Assembly: GCA_963735805.1 (NCBI GenBank)
Contig: CAVTMK010000004.1
Location: 608,001 to 672,000 of the forward strand
DNA: 64,000 bases
Direction of reading: 5' to 3'
Source: an uncultured Verrucomicrobiae bacterium
GTDB lineage: Bacteria > Verrucomicrobiota > Verrucomicrobiia > Chthoniobacterales > UBA10450
Position numbers and translations under genes: made by a program. Below the pieces are notes generated by a model. The model was not told where the DNA came from and made no database searches. It saw only the letters and a program-made list of their open reading frames with translations. Below, one piece after another: positions 28,052-37,137 of this stretch (position 1 is its first letter; every line of letters begins with the position of its first letter).

Positions 28052-30912
28052 ACGATTTCCGGATTCCGGTTGCGCAATTTGGCGAAATAACTCGTTCGAG
28101 GTCGCGTATTGAGCTCACCCAGCATCCAGTAATTCAACGGTGACCCTTTCCAGTGTGCGACCCTGCTTTGTGAATCATTCATGTTCCCGAAAACGATCGC
28201 CTCCGCAGGACACACCTGCGCACAGGCCGGAACAATTTCTCCATCGCGGATCGTGCGCCGTTCGAGTTCGGCAGTTATGCGCGCCGCATTGATCCGCTGG
28301 ATGCAATAGGTGCACTTCTCCATGACGCCGCGTGAACGCACGGTCACGTCCGGATTTTTTACCAACTTCTGGGTCGGACTCAGTCCGTTGTTGTATTCGA
28401 GAAAATTAAAACGACGGACCTTGTAAGGGCAGTTGTTCGAGCAGTAACGCGTACCGACGCAACGATTGTAAACCTGAAGATTCAGACCCTCGTCATCGTG
28501 CACGGTTGCGCCCACAGGACACACCAGTTCGCACGGCGCATTCTCACAATGCATGCATGGGACGGGTTGGTGGATAAATTCGGGATCGTTCGCGCGGCCT
28601 GAATAATATGTGTCCACCCGAATCCAGTGCATTTCACGACGCATACCGACCTGTTGCTTGCCGACTACTGGAATGTTGTTTTCCGCCTGACAGGCAATTG
28701 TGCACGCGTGACAGCCGATGCAGACGTTCAGGTCCACGACCATTCCCCACTTGTAGCCCTTGTACGGATACTCCGCCGGGTTGTAGAGCGTTTCATCGGT
28801 GGCGGGATGTTCCTCCTTCTCCTGCGCGAAGTGCGGGTTGGACGCGAATTCTTGCAGTGTGCCATCGTGAAGAATTCCACGAGCACCGTGCACGTCGTGA
28901 TGTTCCTGGGTGCTGACGAACCAGTGTCGCGCCCCGCTTTTGTGAATTGCCAGTCCGTCGCCAAACCAGAGCGCATCGGCGGTCCGCAGTGCGTAAGCAT
29001 TGAAACCTACGTTGCGTCCAATCCGTCCAACTACTTCGCGCCCGTAACCGAGGGGCAACGTTACCGAATTCTCTGCCTGACCAGGCTGAATCCAGATCGG
29101 CGCCTGGATTGTGCGATCCCGGAAATTCAGATCGACAATGTCGCCGTTCTTCAAACCCTCGCGCTTGGCCAACTGCGGGCTAATCAGCGCTGCGTTGTCC
29201 CAAACGAGCGTCGAAAACTGCCGCGGTAACTCCTGTAGCCAACCATTGTTTGCGTAGCGGCCATCGCGCACGCTCACGTCGGGACGAAAGATCACCTCAA
29301 TGTTTGACGTTGAAACGTTGGAGCGTTGAACGGTTGAAGCGTTGAGCGAAGAAATCGGGGCTACCGAACTGATCGTCGGCGGTGTCAGTTCCCTAACGAC
29401 TCCATCACTCAACGCGAGCCGCCATTTTGCATCGAAATCGGGCAACTGGTTTTGTGCTTGCCAGCGGCTGCGGACGATCTCGTACGAACTTCTGGGCGAT
29501 CGGCCCACTAACGCTTCAAGAATTTCGTGCGCGGATGTTCCCGCGTACATCGGCTCGATGAGCGGCTGCACAATCGACACCGATCCGTCGCAGGCGCGAG
29601 TGTCACTCCACGACTCCAGGAAATGGAGAGCGGGAATGTGCCAGTGTGAATGACGTGATGTCTCGTTGAAGTAGCCACTTTGGTGGACGCGGAGTTTCAC
29701 CTTTTCGAACGCCGCCGCAAAATCGAAATCGATTGGCGCATCGTAGCGGGGATTGCCACCGAGAACGACGAGCACATCCACCGCGTCGCCGTGCATTTCA
29801 TGCACAAGTTCTTGAAACAAGATGCGGCTTCCTGGTAAAGTCAGCGGCGGAACCGGCGAAATCGTGACGCCGTCATTGCCGAGCGCCGCGTTGATACGCG
29901 ACACGAGAGCATGCACGTCGGGCGGTTGCGTTTCACCTGCGATAACAACGCTTGCTCCGCGGTTGGCGTTCAGATCGCGGACGACCGCCTCGATCCAATC
30001 TTGATTTTCCCTGGTCTGAGGCGTTGCGCCGATTCCAAGCTTCGAAGCGATCGTTTGAGCCAGTGGCAAGATGTCCCGTGAAGCAACCGCAATGCGGTGG
30101 TCCGCGTTGGATCCGCTAATCGTGGGCGTAGGTTCTGCTGCATAAAAGCGATTCATCCGCGCGCCTTCAGCAGCGATGATGCGCCGCGCGTTGCTAAAAT
30201 CGCGCGCGTATCGCAGCGCTTGGGGATGGGCGTAAAGAAAATCAGAATCGAGTGCTACAACGATGTTCGCCTTGGAAAAATCGCATACGCCCTCGGTGGC
30301 ATTGAAATTGTCGCGATTCAGCGGGTCCCAAATACACCAGCGCGCAGCAGGAAATTCCTGCATAACGTCGCCCAGTTGAGCCAGCAAAGTTGGGGAGGTG
30401 ATCGCCTCGGTAAGGATCCGCAGTGCCGCGCCGCCGTCAGGTTTTACTGATAGAAGCGCGTCGCTTAGAGCGTTCCACAAATCGTCGATCGTCTTGATCG
30501 CTCCTCCGGTGGTGACCGTTTGGGCCCGATCCGGATCATAAAGATCGAGAACATCTGCCTGGGCCCACACGCTTGTGGCGCCTCGGCTCGCGGGGTGACT
30601 AGGATTCCCTTCGATTTTCGTCGGACGCCCTTCGTAACTGGTTACCAGCAATCCCTGGCCAAACCCGCTGTATTGAGTCGCGGTGGCAAAACGCAGTGGC
30701 TTGCCCGGGATGACGATCTCCGGCTGTTCAACATAGGGAACAATTTTTTCCAGCGGCTGTTTGGTGCAGGCGCCAAGTCCCGCGAGCGCGAGTGTTGCGC
30801 CGCTCAGGCGGAGAAACTCCCGGCGGCTCACGCCTTCCGGCCATTCGGATGCCCCAGGTCCGAATTCATCAGACGCGTGGCTTTTATGATAGCTGTGGGG
30901 AAAATCTTTCAT
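28048..30912 (-). CDS. actB: ACIII subunit ActB (molybdopterin-oxidoreductase-like plus Fe-S)
   Basis: Tat/lipoprotein SRREFL...LGAC, EGRP.KIEGNP and NNGWLQELP; four ferredoxin motifs including CVGTRYCSNNC. ATG 30912 overlaps the actA stop. Confidence 0.94.
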   Translation of the reverse strand: MKDFPHSYHKSHASDEFGPGASEWPEGVSRREFLRLSGATLALAGLGACTKQPLEKIVPYVEQPEIVIPGKPLRFATATQYSGFGQGLLVTSYEGRPTKIEGNPSHPASRGATSVWAQADVLDLYDPDRAQTVTTGGAIKTIDDLWNALSDALLSVKPDGGAALRILTEAITSPTLLAQLGDVMQEFPAARWCIWDPLNRDNFNATEGVCDFSKANIVVALDSDFLYAHPQALRYARDFSNARRIIAAEGARMNRFYAAEPTPTISGSNADHRIAVASRDILPLAQTIASKLGIGATPQTRENQDWIEAVVRDLNANRGASVVIAGETQPPDVHALVSRINAALGNDGVTISPVPPLTLPGSRILFQELVHEMHGDAVDVLVVLGGNPRYDAPIDFDFAAAFEKVKLRVHQSGYFNETSRHSHWHIPALHFLESWSDTRACDGSVSIVQPLIEPMYAGTSAHEILEALVGRSPRSSYEIVRSRWQAQNQLPDFDAKWRLALSDGVVRELTPPTISSVAPISSLNASTVQRSNVSTSNIEVIFRPDVSVRDGRYANNGWLQELPRQFSTLVWDNAALISPQLAKREGLKNGDIVDLNFRDRTIQAPIWIQPGQAENSVTLPLGYGREVVGRIGRNVGFNAYALRTADALWFGDGLAIHKSGARHWFVSTQEHHDVHGARGILHDGTLQEFASNPHFAQEKEEHPATDETLYNPAEYPYKGYKWGMVVDLNVCIGCHACTIACQAENNIPVVGKQQVGMRREMHWIRVDTYYSGRANDPEFIHQPVPCMHCENAPCELVCPVGATVHDDEGLNLQVYNRCVGTRYCSNNCPYKVRRFNFLEYNNGLSPTQKLVKNPDVTVRSRGVMEKCTYCIQRINAARITAELERRTIRDGEIVPACAQVCPAEAIVFGNMNDSQSRVAHWKGSPLNYWMLGELNTRPRTSYFAKLRNRNPEIV

Positions 30913-31568
30913 CGGTGACACGTGCCGCAGTTGGTCAGATGCCCGGTCGTATCGACGTGATACTGAGTCACCAATTTTGCCCCTTCGACTTGCTGATTAG
31001 GCGGCGGTTGCCATGCCACATCGAAAACCTTGTCTCGCGGCCGGAGGTACTTTTGCGGATCGCGATGGCAATCGAGGCACCATTTCATGTAAAGCGTCTG
31101 CGTCTTTCGCGTGAGCGGCATTTGATCAATGCGCCCGTGACACGTGGAGCAACCCACACCTTTTGCGATGTGAATGCTATGATTGAAGTACACGTAGCCG
31201 GGCAAATCGTGAACGCGGGTCCATTTTAAAGGAGTGCTCGTAGCGAGACTTGCGCGGACCTGTGCCAGCACCGCCGCATCGCTGAAGATTTGCGAATGGC
31301 AGGTCATGCAGGTTTGAGTGGATGGCAATCCTGCAAACGCCGACTTTTCTACCGAGGTATGGCAGTAGCGGCAATCGATGCCATCGTCACCCACGTGATG
31401 CTTATGGCTGAACGGCACCGGTTGATCGAACGGCACGCCAACGTAAGTCGTGTAAGGCGACCAATAGATGGTCGAAGTAGCCCAGCCGGCTCCACAAACC
31501 AGAACGACGACGCCAACGATGATCACTCGGGAGTGAACATTCGCGCGCCGCGAGAAAAGCTGGGCCAT
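30909..31568 (-). CDS. actA: ACIII pentaheme cytochrome c ActA
   Basis: N-terminal TM, QPVPFSH and five CxxCH (CRYCH, CMTCH, CSTCH, CLDCH, CGTCH). Confidence 0.94.
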   Translation of the reverse strand: MAQLFSRRANVHSRVIIVGVVVLVCGAGWATSTIYWSPYTTYVGVPFDQPVPFSHKHHVGDDGIDCRYCHTSVEKSAFAGLPSTQTCMTCHSQIFSDAAVLAQVRASLATSTPLKWTRVHDLPGYVYFNHSIHIAKGVGCSTCHGRIDQMPLTRKTQTLYMKWCLDCHRDPQKYLRPRDKVFDVAWQPPPNQQVEGAKLVTQYHVDTTGHLTNCGTCHR

Positions 31569-31674
31569 TTAAACCTAAAGTGTGTTCTCCGGAAATGAAT
31601 CGAGCATGGAAGCAGTGTGGGACGCCTGGAATCCGATTTCCTGCATCCGGCCGAACAGGTGAGGCCGACCTGTA

Positions 31675-32787
31675 TTACTGATTTGGATTTCCGAGATCCA
31701 GCGCGCGGCGCGGCGCATGCGCGAACTTAAAACCAGCCAATCCCGGCACGCCTGTGCCGACGTTTTTGCCAAGCGCGAGTACCTGAAAAGCTCGACCGAG
31801 CATTTCAGGATGGAGCAATGTCTGCATGGCGCGTTTGGTTTTATGATAGGGACTGGCAACCTGAACTGGCGGGTTCGACGCCGCTGAGTCTTTGGGGAAG
31901 GGCTGCAGTAGATCTGGCCACGTAGAGATGATTCCGGTCAGGAAATGGTGCTGATCGGTAAATCCCGCGATAGCTAATCCGTTGGCTTCGGCGCGGTGGG
32001 CAATGCTTCTCCAATCGACGTGCATTGTGATGTCCGCGTGACCAATTTGCTCAAATGGCGAATCGAGATGTCGATGCTGAGCGCGACTCTGAATGTCCTC
32101 CCGAGATCCGCGAGAATGTCCGTAGTCAATGGCGATCACGTAGCCCCTCTGCAAATTTGCGGCGACGCTGTCCAACCAATCGAGCGTAGCTTGGTTAAAC
32201 TCCCTGGTTGAGAAAGGACGGTCGACCAACACAAAATTATCATCTCGAAGATCGACGAATTTCTCCGAGCGGCCATTGATCAGCCGTACCGGCATTGCAT
32301 CCAGTAGTTCGTTAGAAAAATGAATGCCGGTGAATGGCCCAAGTGAATCGCACCATTCAATCTTGTTCCGAAATTGGTTTAGCACGTGCGATTGCCGCTC
32401 TCGCAGAATCGGAAACGGCTCAATTATTCGGTAGCGTAGAGCTTGAAAAAATTCCGGCGTCCGCTCTTGGGCAGATTGGAGCACGTCGCGCGCAAACTGA
32501 CCATCGTGCGCTCCCTGCTCAACAATCATGAAATTGTCGATCTTGCCGAGTTGCTCCCAGATTTCGGCGAATTGGGTGGTCAAGAGTTGCCCAAAAAGCG
32601 GGCCGACACTGACGTTAGTGAAATAATCACCTTTTCGGCCAATAGCGCAGCGGCCGGAGGCATAGTATCCGTGTTCAGGATGGTAAAGCGCCTGTTCCAT
32701 GAACCAGGCGAAGGAAACAGGGCCGTGTTGCTCAATTTCGGCGCGAATCAATCTGATTAGAGCGAGATTTCCCTTCTGGGTATTCAA
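31675..32787 (-). CDS. SAM-dependent methyltransferase, MidA/NDUFAF7 family
   Basis: FM..ALY.P..GYY, GDYFT, E.GA..G, NELLDAMP, IDYG and DIT.HVD. Confidence 0.88.
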   Translation of the reverse strand: MNTQKGNLALIRLIRAEIEQHGPVSFAWFMEQALYHPEHGYYASGRCAIGRKGDYFTNVSVGPLFGQLLTTQFAEIWEQLGKIDNFMIVEQGAHDGQFARDVLQSAQERTPEFFQALRYRIIEPFPILRERQSHVLNQFRNKIEWCDSLGPFTGIHFSNELLDAMPVRLINGRSEKFVDLRDDNFVLVDRPFSTREFNQATLDWLDSVAANLQRGYVIAIDYGHSRGSREDIQSRAQHRHLDSPFEQIGHADITMHVDWRSIAHRAEANGLAIAGFTDQHHFLTGIISTWPDLLQPFPKDSAASNPPVQVASPYHKTKRAMQTLLHPEMLGRAFQVLALGKNVGTGVPGLAGFKFAHAPRRALDLGNPNQ

Positions 32788-32827
32788 CTTCCGACCCGCC
32801 TACGCTGAAAGCTTCGGGCTGGCAAGG

Positions 32828-32900
32828 GCTCAACACTGGACGCTCAACTACTGTGCTCTGAATTAGGCTCTGGACGTTCAACGTTGAGCGTTGAGCGTTT
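32828..32900. repeat. Inverted heptamer (CGTTGAG/CTCAACG) repeat tract
   Basis: GCTCAAC...CGCTCAAC on one arm, CGTTCAACGTTGAGCGTTGAGCG on the other; divergent intergenic region. Confidence 0.55.
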
Positions 32901-32921
32901 CGCTCTTAAATTCCTTCGCTT

Positions 32922-35534
32922 TTGAGATCCACCGCCACATATCTGAGGCCCCCGCCGGGCTTTCGCTTTCGGCCACCCTGGTATTTGAGGCCGTGGTTTT
33001 ATGTTCCCGTTGGCATCCTTGCATTACTTGTAGTTGTTCTGGCAGTTTACGTCTCCAGCCTGGTCGCCGACCTCAAAGCGGAGGCCAAAACGTTCGATCT
33101 AAGCAAGCTCGAACAAATGGAATCAGCGAGCGTGATCCTCGATCGCAACGGTAAGATCTTCGGCCAGATTTACGTTGAGAACCGCGAAACCGTTCCGTAT
33201 GACCAGTTGCCTCCGGATCTTATTAAGGCGGTGGTTGCAGTCGAAGACGCAAAATTTTATCGGCATCATGGCTACGATTTGTTCGGAATCATCCGTGCGG
33301 CGCTGAAAAATATGACGGCCGGCCACGTGCGCCAGGGAGCCAGCACGGTTACGCAGCAACTGGCGCGAAACAGTTTTTCGCTCAAACAAAAAACGTTCCG
33401 CCGCAAGTTCCTCGAGATTTTCCTGGCGGAACGGATTGAAGACAAATTCAGTAAGGAGAAAATCATGGAGTTATATTTGAACCGGATCTACTTCGGCGGC
33501 GGCCTGTACGGAGCGGAAGCGGCATCGCGGGGGTACTTTAGCAAACCGGCCCGTGAAATGTCGCTGTCAGAATGCGCCACGCTCGCGGGTCTGATCAAGA
33601 GTCCCAACAGATTGTCGCCGTGGACCGACCGCGCAACTTCACGCGAGGCGCGCGACTACGCGCTGGATCGGATGCGCGACCTGGGCTTTATCAGCCGTGA
33701 ACAATATGCGAATGCGCGCGGTCAGGAAATCGTCGTGGGGAGCCGGCAAAATGCACAGGGGCAGACTTACGCAGTGGATTACATCCGCCAGCAGGTGATC
33801 GCTGCCGTTGGATGGGATCGCGCAATAAACGAGGGCTATCGGATTCACACGACCATCGATGTCGATATTCAAAAGGTCGCCGAAGACTCGTTGCGAGCGA
33901 ATCTGGACCGAATTGAACAACATCCCGACTACCATCATCAGACTTACGCCCAATATGCGGAATCGTTTCGCAAGGCGAAGGCAAATGGGAAAATGGCTGA
34001 CCAGCCTGCGCCTGAGTATCTTCAGGGCGCCGTGATCGGCCTGGACAATGCAACGGGTGATATTCTGGCGCTGGTCGGTGGACGCGATTTTGAGCATAAC
34101 CAGTACGATCGCGCGCTCCAGGCTCGCCGGCCGGCCGGGACCGCGATGTTGCCATTTGTTTATGCGGCTGCGTTCGAAAAAGGAATGTATCCCGGTTCAC
34201 TGGTGGAAGACTCGCCGCTAGATAATCGCGCGGTGATGATCGGTGGAACGACGGGAATTCTCGGCGAATGGGGACCCGAAAGCTCCGACAACCGTTACGA
34301 AGGCGCTATGACCGCCAGACAGGCGCTGGCTAAATCAAAGAACGGCGCAACCATCCGAATTGGAATGGACGCGGGAGTCGACGCGGTATTGCAACTTTCC
34401 GCCGCTGCGGGCATTCATTCCCCGCTCCGGCCTTATCCGGCAACATTTCTCGGGAGCAGCGAGGTCACGTTGGCTGAGCTCGCACTCGCGTACACGATAT
34501 TTCCAAATGGCGGCTGGCGGCCAAACGTGTCGCATATTTTGGAGCGCATCGAAGAAAAGGACGGAACACTTGTTTGGGATGCGAAACGCGAGAGTATCCG
34601 GAAAATCGTCATCAAACCTGAAACCGCGTACGAGGTGCATTCGTGCCTCGCAGACGCGCTCGAATCAGGGACAGGAAAAGCCGCCTTTACACAATTTGGC
34701 CTGAAGAGGATCCCAGCAGCCGGTAAAACCGGCACCGCTTACGATTTTACCGATGCACTGTTTGCGGGATACGATTCCAATTTCACCTGTGCCGTTTGGG
34801 CGGGCTTCGACAAGCCGCAAGAGATTTATCGGGGCGCATTTGGCCGCGAGCTGGCGTTGCCCGTTTGGGTCGATATCATGAATGCCGCCGCCCAGCGTTA
34901 TCCACCGCGCGAAATCAAGCAGCCGGCGAATCTCAAGCAGGTTGAGATTTGTTCGAGATCCGGCCTGCTGGCGACGGACAAATGTTACGATGCCGTCAAA
35001 ATGCCGAACGGCGATACCGTTCAACGACGCAGCACTTACATGGAAATTGGGACGCAAGCGCAAGTGCCCACCGTGCCTTGTACTGTCCACGGCGAACCGC
35101 GCGCTCGTCTCGCGCGTGAGTTTCCCTCCAGCGATTTGCCGCGCGCTTCGCTGGCCGTCGACCTGACTGCGGTCACACCAATCGCGATAAAAAGTCCAAC
35201 GTTGTTAGCGGATAAGGATCCTTACAATTCCCTTAAACCAACATTGAAACCTGAGCCTGCGCCCCAAGCAACGGCTGAACCAGTTGCAAATCAAAGGCCC
35301 GACGGTGCAGCCCCATCGAGCGCGGTGAAAACGGCGAACGTTGACGGCAGCGGGGCGGGCAATCAAACGGGGCAAACCGCTCCTGAAATCAGAAAAGCGA
35401 TTCCGGTGCAACCGCAGAACGAGCAACCCGTCGAAATCCGCCGCGCAATACCGGTCAAAACTCTGGACCAGGAAAACCAGGGTGACAGACTTTTGAAACC
35501 GGCAACACCGCCCCCAAGCGATATCGACGAATAG
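32922..35534 (+). CDS. Class A penicillin-binding protein (PBP1A family)
   Basis: N-terminal TM, EDAKF..H.G, QGASTVTQQL, RK..E and LYLN; transpeptidase SKN and KTG. The SxxK region is degenerate (AGTAML). Pro-rich tail. Confidence 0.9.
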   Translation: MRSTATYLRPPPGFRFRPPWYLRPWFYVPVGILALLVVVLAVYVSSLVADLKAEAKTFDLSKLEQMESASVILDRNGKIFGQIYVENRETVPYDQLPPDLIKAVVAVEDAKFYRHHGYDLFGIIRAALKNMTAGHVRQGASTVTQQLARNSFSLKQKTFRRKFLEIFLAERIEDKFSKEKIMELYLNRIYFGGGLYGAEAASRGYFSKPAREMSLSECATLAGLIKSPNRLSPWTDRATSREARDYALDRMRDLGFISREQYANARGQEIVVGSRQNAQGQTYAVDYIRQQVIAAVGWDRAINEGYRIHTTIDVDIQKVAEDSLRANLDRIEQHPDYHHQTYAQYAESFRKAKANGKMADQPAPEYLQGAVIGLDNATGDILALVGGRDFEHNQYDRALQARRPAGTAMLPFVYAAAFEKGMYPGSLVEDSPLDNRAVMIGGTTGILGEWGPESSDNRYEGAMTARQALAKSKNGATIRIGMDAGVDAVLQLSAAAGIHSPLRPYPATFLGSSEVTLAELALAYTIFPNGGWRPNVSHILERIEEKDGTLVWDAKRESIRKIVIKPETAYEVHSCLADALESGTGKAAFTQFGLKRIPAAGKTGTAYDFTDALFAGYDSNFTCAVWAGFDKPQEIYRGAFGRELALPVWVDIMNAAAQRYPPREIKQPANLKQVEICSRSGLLATDKCYDAVKMPNGDTVQRRSTYMEIGTQAQVPTVPCTVHGEPRARLAREFPSSDLPRASLAVDLTAVTPIAIKSPTLLADKDPYNSLKPTLKPEPAPQATAEPVANQRPDGAAPSSAVKTANVDGSGAGNQTGQTAPEIRKAIPVQPQNEQPVEIRRAIPVKTLDQENQGDRLLKPATPPPSDIDE

Positions 35535-35564
35535 GGCGTGATTTCTTTTGCTTTTTCCTAGAGC

Positions 35565-36614
35565 ATGACATCACACGACGTGGACGACTTTCGATTGTCC
35601 GTTTTGAATCCAGCGGGGCACGATGCGGAACAGGAGTTTCGCAACCTGCCTGCGCCAGGCGAAGGCGCGCATCCGCCGATCAACTTCCACGCTTTTGCTG
35701 CCTGTACGCTGGGCGCATTTCATCGTAATCCGCGTCGGGTCATCGCCGAAAACACGCCGGTTCTCCTGCTTTTGCGCGGCGACTTTCGTGCTTCAGAGCG
35801 CGCATTAGCCGATCTGAAGAAACATGGTCGAACCGTTGTTGTTTCGTTAAAGGAGACCGGACTTCATCAGATTGCGCAACAGTTATGCAATCGCGCCAGA
35901 TTATCGCGCTTCATGAAAATTGTGGCACAAGCCGATGGATGCATCGCCACAACTCCCGAAGCCGCGGAAATCTATCAGAGCGCTCGTTGGAGTCTGAGGC
36001 GGGTGAAATTTATTCCGACGCCTTATCCGGTTGAAGATCAAAGATGGAATTTTTGTCTGACCCCGGGCGAGCAATCTGGAATCTTTGTTGGGACACGCGA
36101 ATGGGACGTGCCATCGCGCAATCATTTCGCGGCGCTGCTGGTCGCGCGGCAACTCTGTGACGCGACGAGTGAGCCGGTCACTGTCGTCAATCTTGATGGA
36201 AATAAAGGGCGACGTTTGCTTGCCGAGCTGAAAATTCCGTCGAAGAAACTGCGCGTAATTGAGAGTTGGAAATCGTATCCGCATTATCTACGCGACGTGT
36301 CGCGGCATAAGATCGTCTTACAGTTGGATCGTAGCCATGTGCCAGGTCAGGTAGCAGGCGACGCTCTCCTCTGTCGGATTCCCTGTGTTGGTGGCGACGG
36401 CGCGATTGAACGAATTGCTTTTTCGAAAACTTGCGGCGAGGGCCGGTCAATTCCGGAGATTACTTCGATGGCGCTGGATTTGTTAAAGAACGCTGATTTA
36501 CGCGGCGCGATTGTGGCCGAGTCCGAGCAGCGCGCGCTGGAACGGCTTTCCTTTCAGGCGGTGCGTTCGCAGCTGACAGAGTTTTTTGCTCAGTTCGCTC
36601 AAGGGGAGAGCTAA
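35565..36614 (+). CDS. Hypothetical protein, possibly a divergent GT-B glycosyltransferase
   Basis: 349-aa ORF. The C-terminal PGQVAGDALLCRIPCVGG resembles the GT4 nucleotide-binding segment. Confidence 0.6.
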   Translation: MTSHDVDDFRLSVLNPAGHDAEQEFRNLPAPGEGAHPPINFHAFAACTLGAFHRNPRRVIAENTPVLLLLRGDFRASERALADLKKHGRTVVVSLKETGLHQIAQQLCNRARLSRFMKIVAQADGCIATTPEAAEIYQSARWSLRRVKFIPTPYPVEDQRWNFCLTPGEQSGIFVGTREWDVPSRNHFAALLVARQLCDATSEPVTVVNLDGNKGRRLLAELKIPSKKLRVIESWKSYPHYLRDVSRHKIVLQLDRSHVPGQVAGDALLCRIPCVGGDGAIERIAFSKTCGEGRSIPEITSMALDLLKNADLRGAIVAESEQRALERLSFQAVRSQLTEFFAQFAQGES

Positions 36615-36669
36615 ACGACAAGAACTTCTCGCGTCGCCGCGAATGGCAACTGTCGCCAGACGGTCGAAC

Positions 36670-37038
36670 TCAAGCGACGAGACGCCCGATTTCGCCGTAA
36701 AGTTCGAAGCTATCGGAGCACAAGACACAGAGCTGCGTCGTGATAAAACCGGAGATCGCCGCCCAGCCCGCACCAGATTTACTGTCGGCTGCCGTCGTGG
36801 CTGAGCCGTACGTTTCGAGCGCGATCACTGCCGCAGCCGTCCGGTTTTCCACGTTGAGCTTGCTCAAAATATGTTCAACGTGTTTGCAGACGGTTCCCGT
36901 CTTTGCGCCAAGAATGACGCCGATATCGTGGTTGCTTTTCCCCTGTGAAATCCAGAAGAGGACTTCGGCTTCCCGGGGCGTCAACTTTAACGAAGGGAAT
37001 CTCTGAATAGGACGCTGATCGGAAAGAGGAGGATTCAC
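36670..37038 (-). CDS. LuxR/NarL-family HTH transcriptional regulator (stand-alone)
   Basis: LTPREAEVLFWISQGKSNHDIG...TV.KHVEHILSKL.VENRTAA. Confidence 0.9.
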   Translation of the reverse strand: MNPPLSDQRPIQRFPSLKLTPREAEVLFWISQGKSNHDIGVILGAKTGTVCKHVEHILSKLNVENRTAAAVIALETYGSATTAADSKSGAGWAAISGFITTQLCVLCSDSFELYGEIGRLVA

Positions 37039-37083
37039 CTTCGGTCTGTTAACAGACGACCGTTATCCCGGCAATAGAATTCG

Positions 37084-37099
37084 TACGCAATTCTGCGTA
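37084..37099. promoter_or_regulatory. Candidate NarL/LuxR-type operator (7-2-7 inverted repeat)
   Basis: TACGCAA-TT-CTGCGTA between the divergent luxR-type gene and the repeat-protein gene. Confidence 0.5.
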
Positions 37100-37137
37100 T
37101 TCCCAACAATTGCGAAAGGGAGGAAAATCGGCACACC

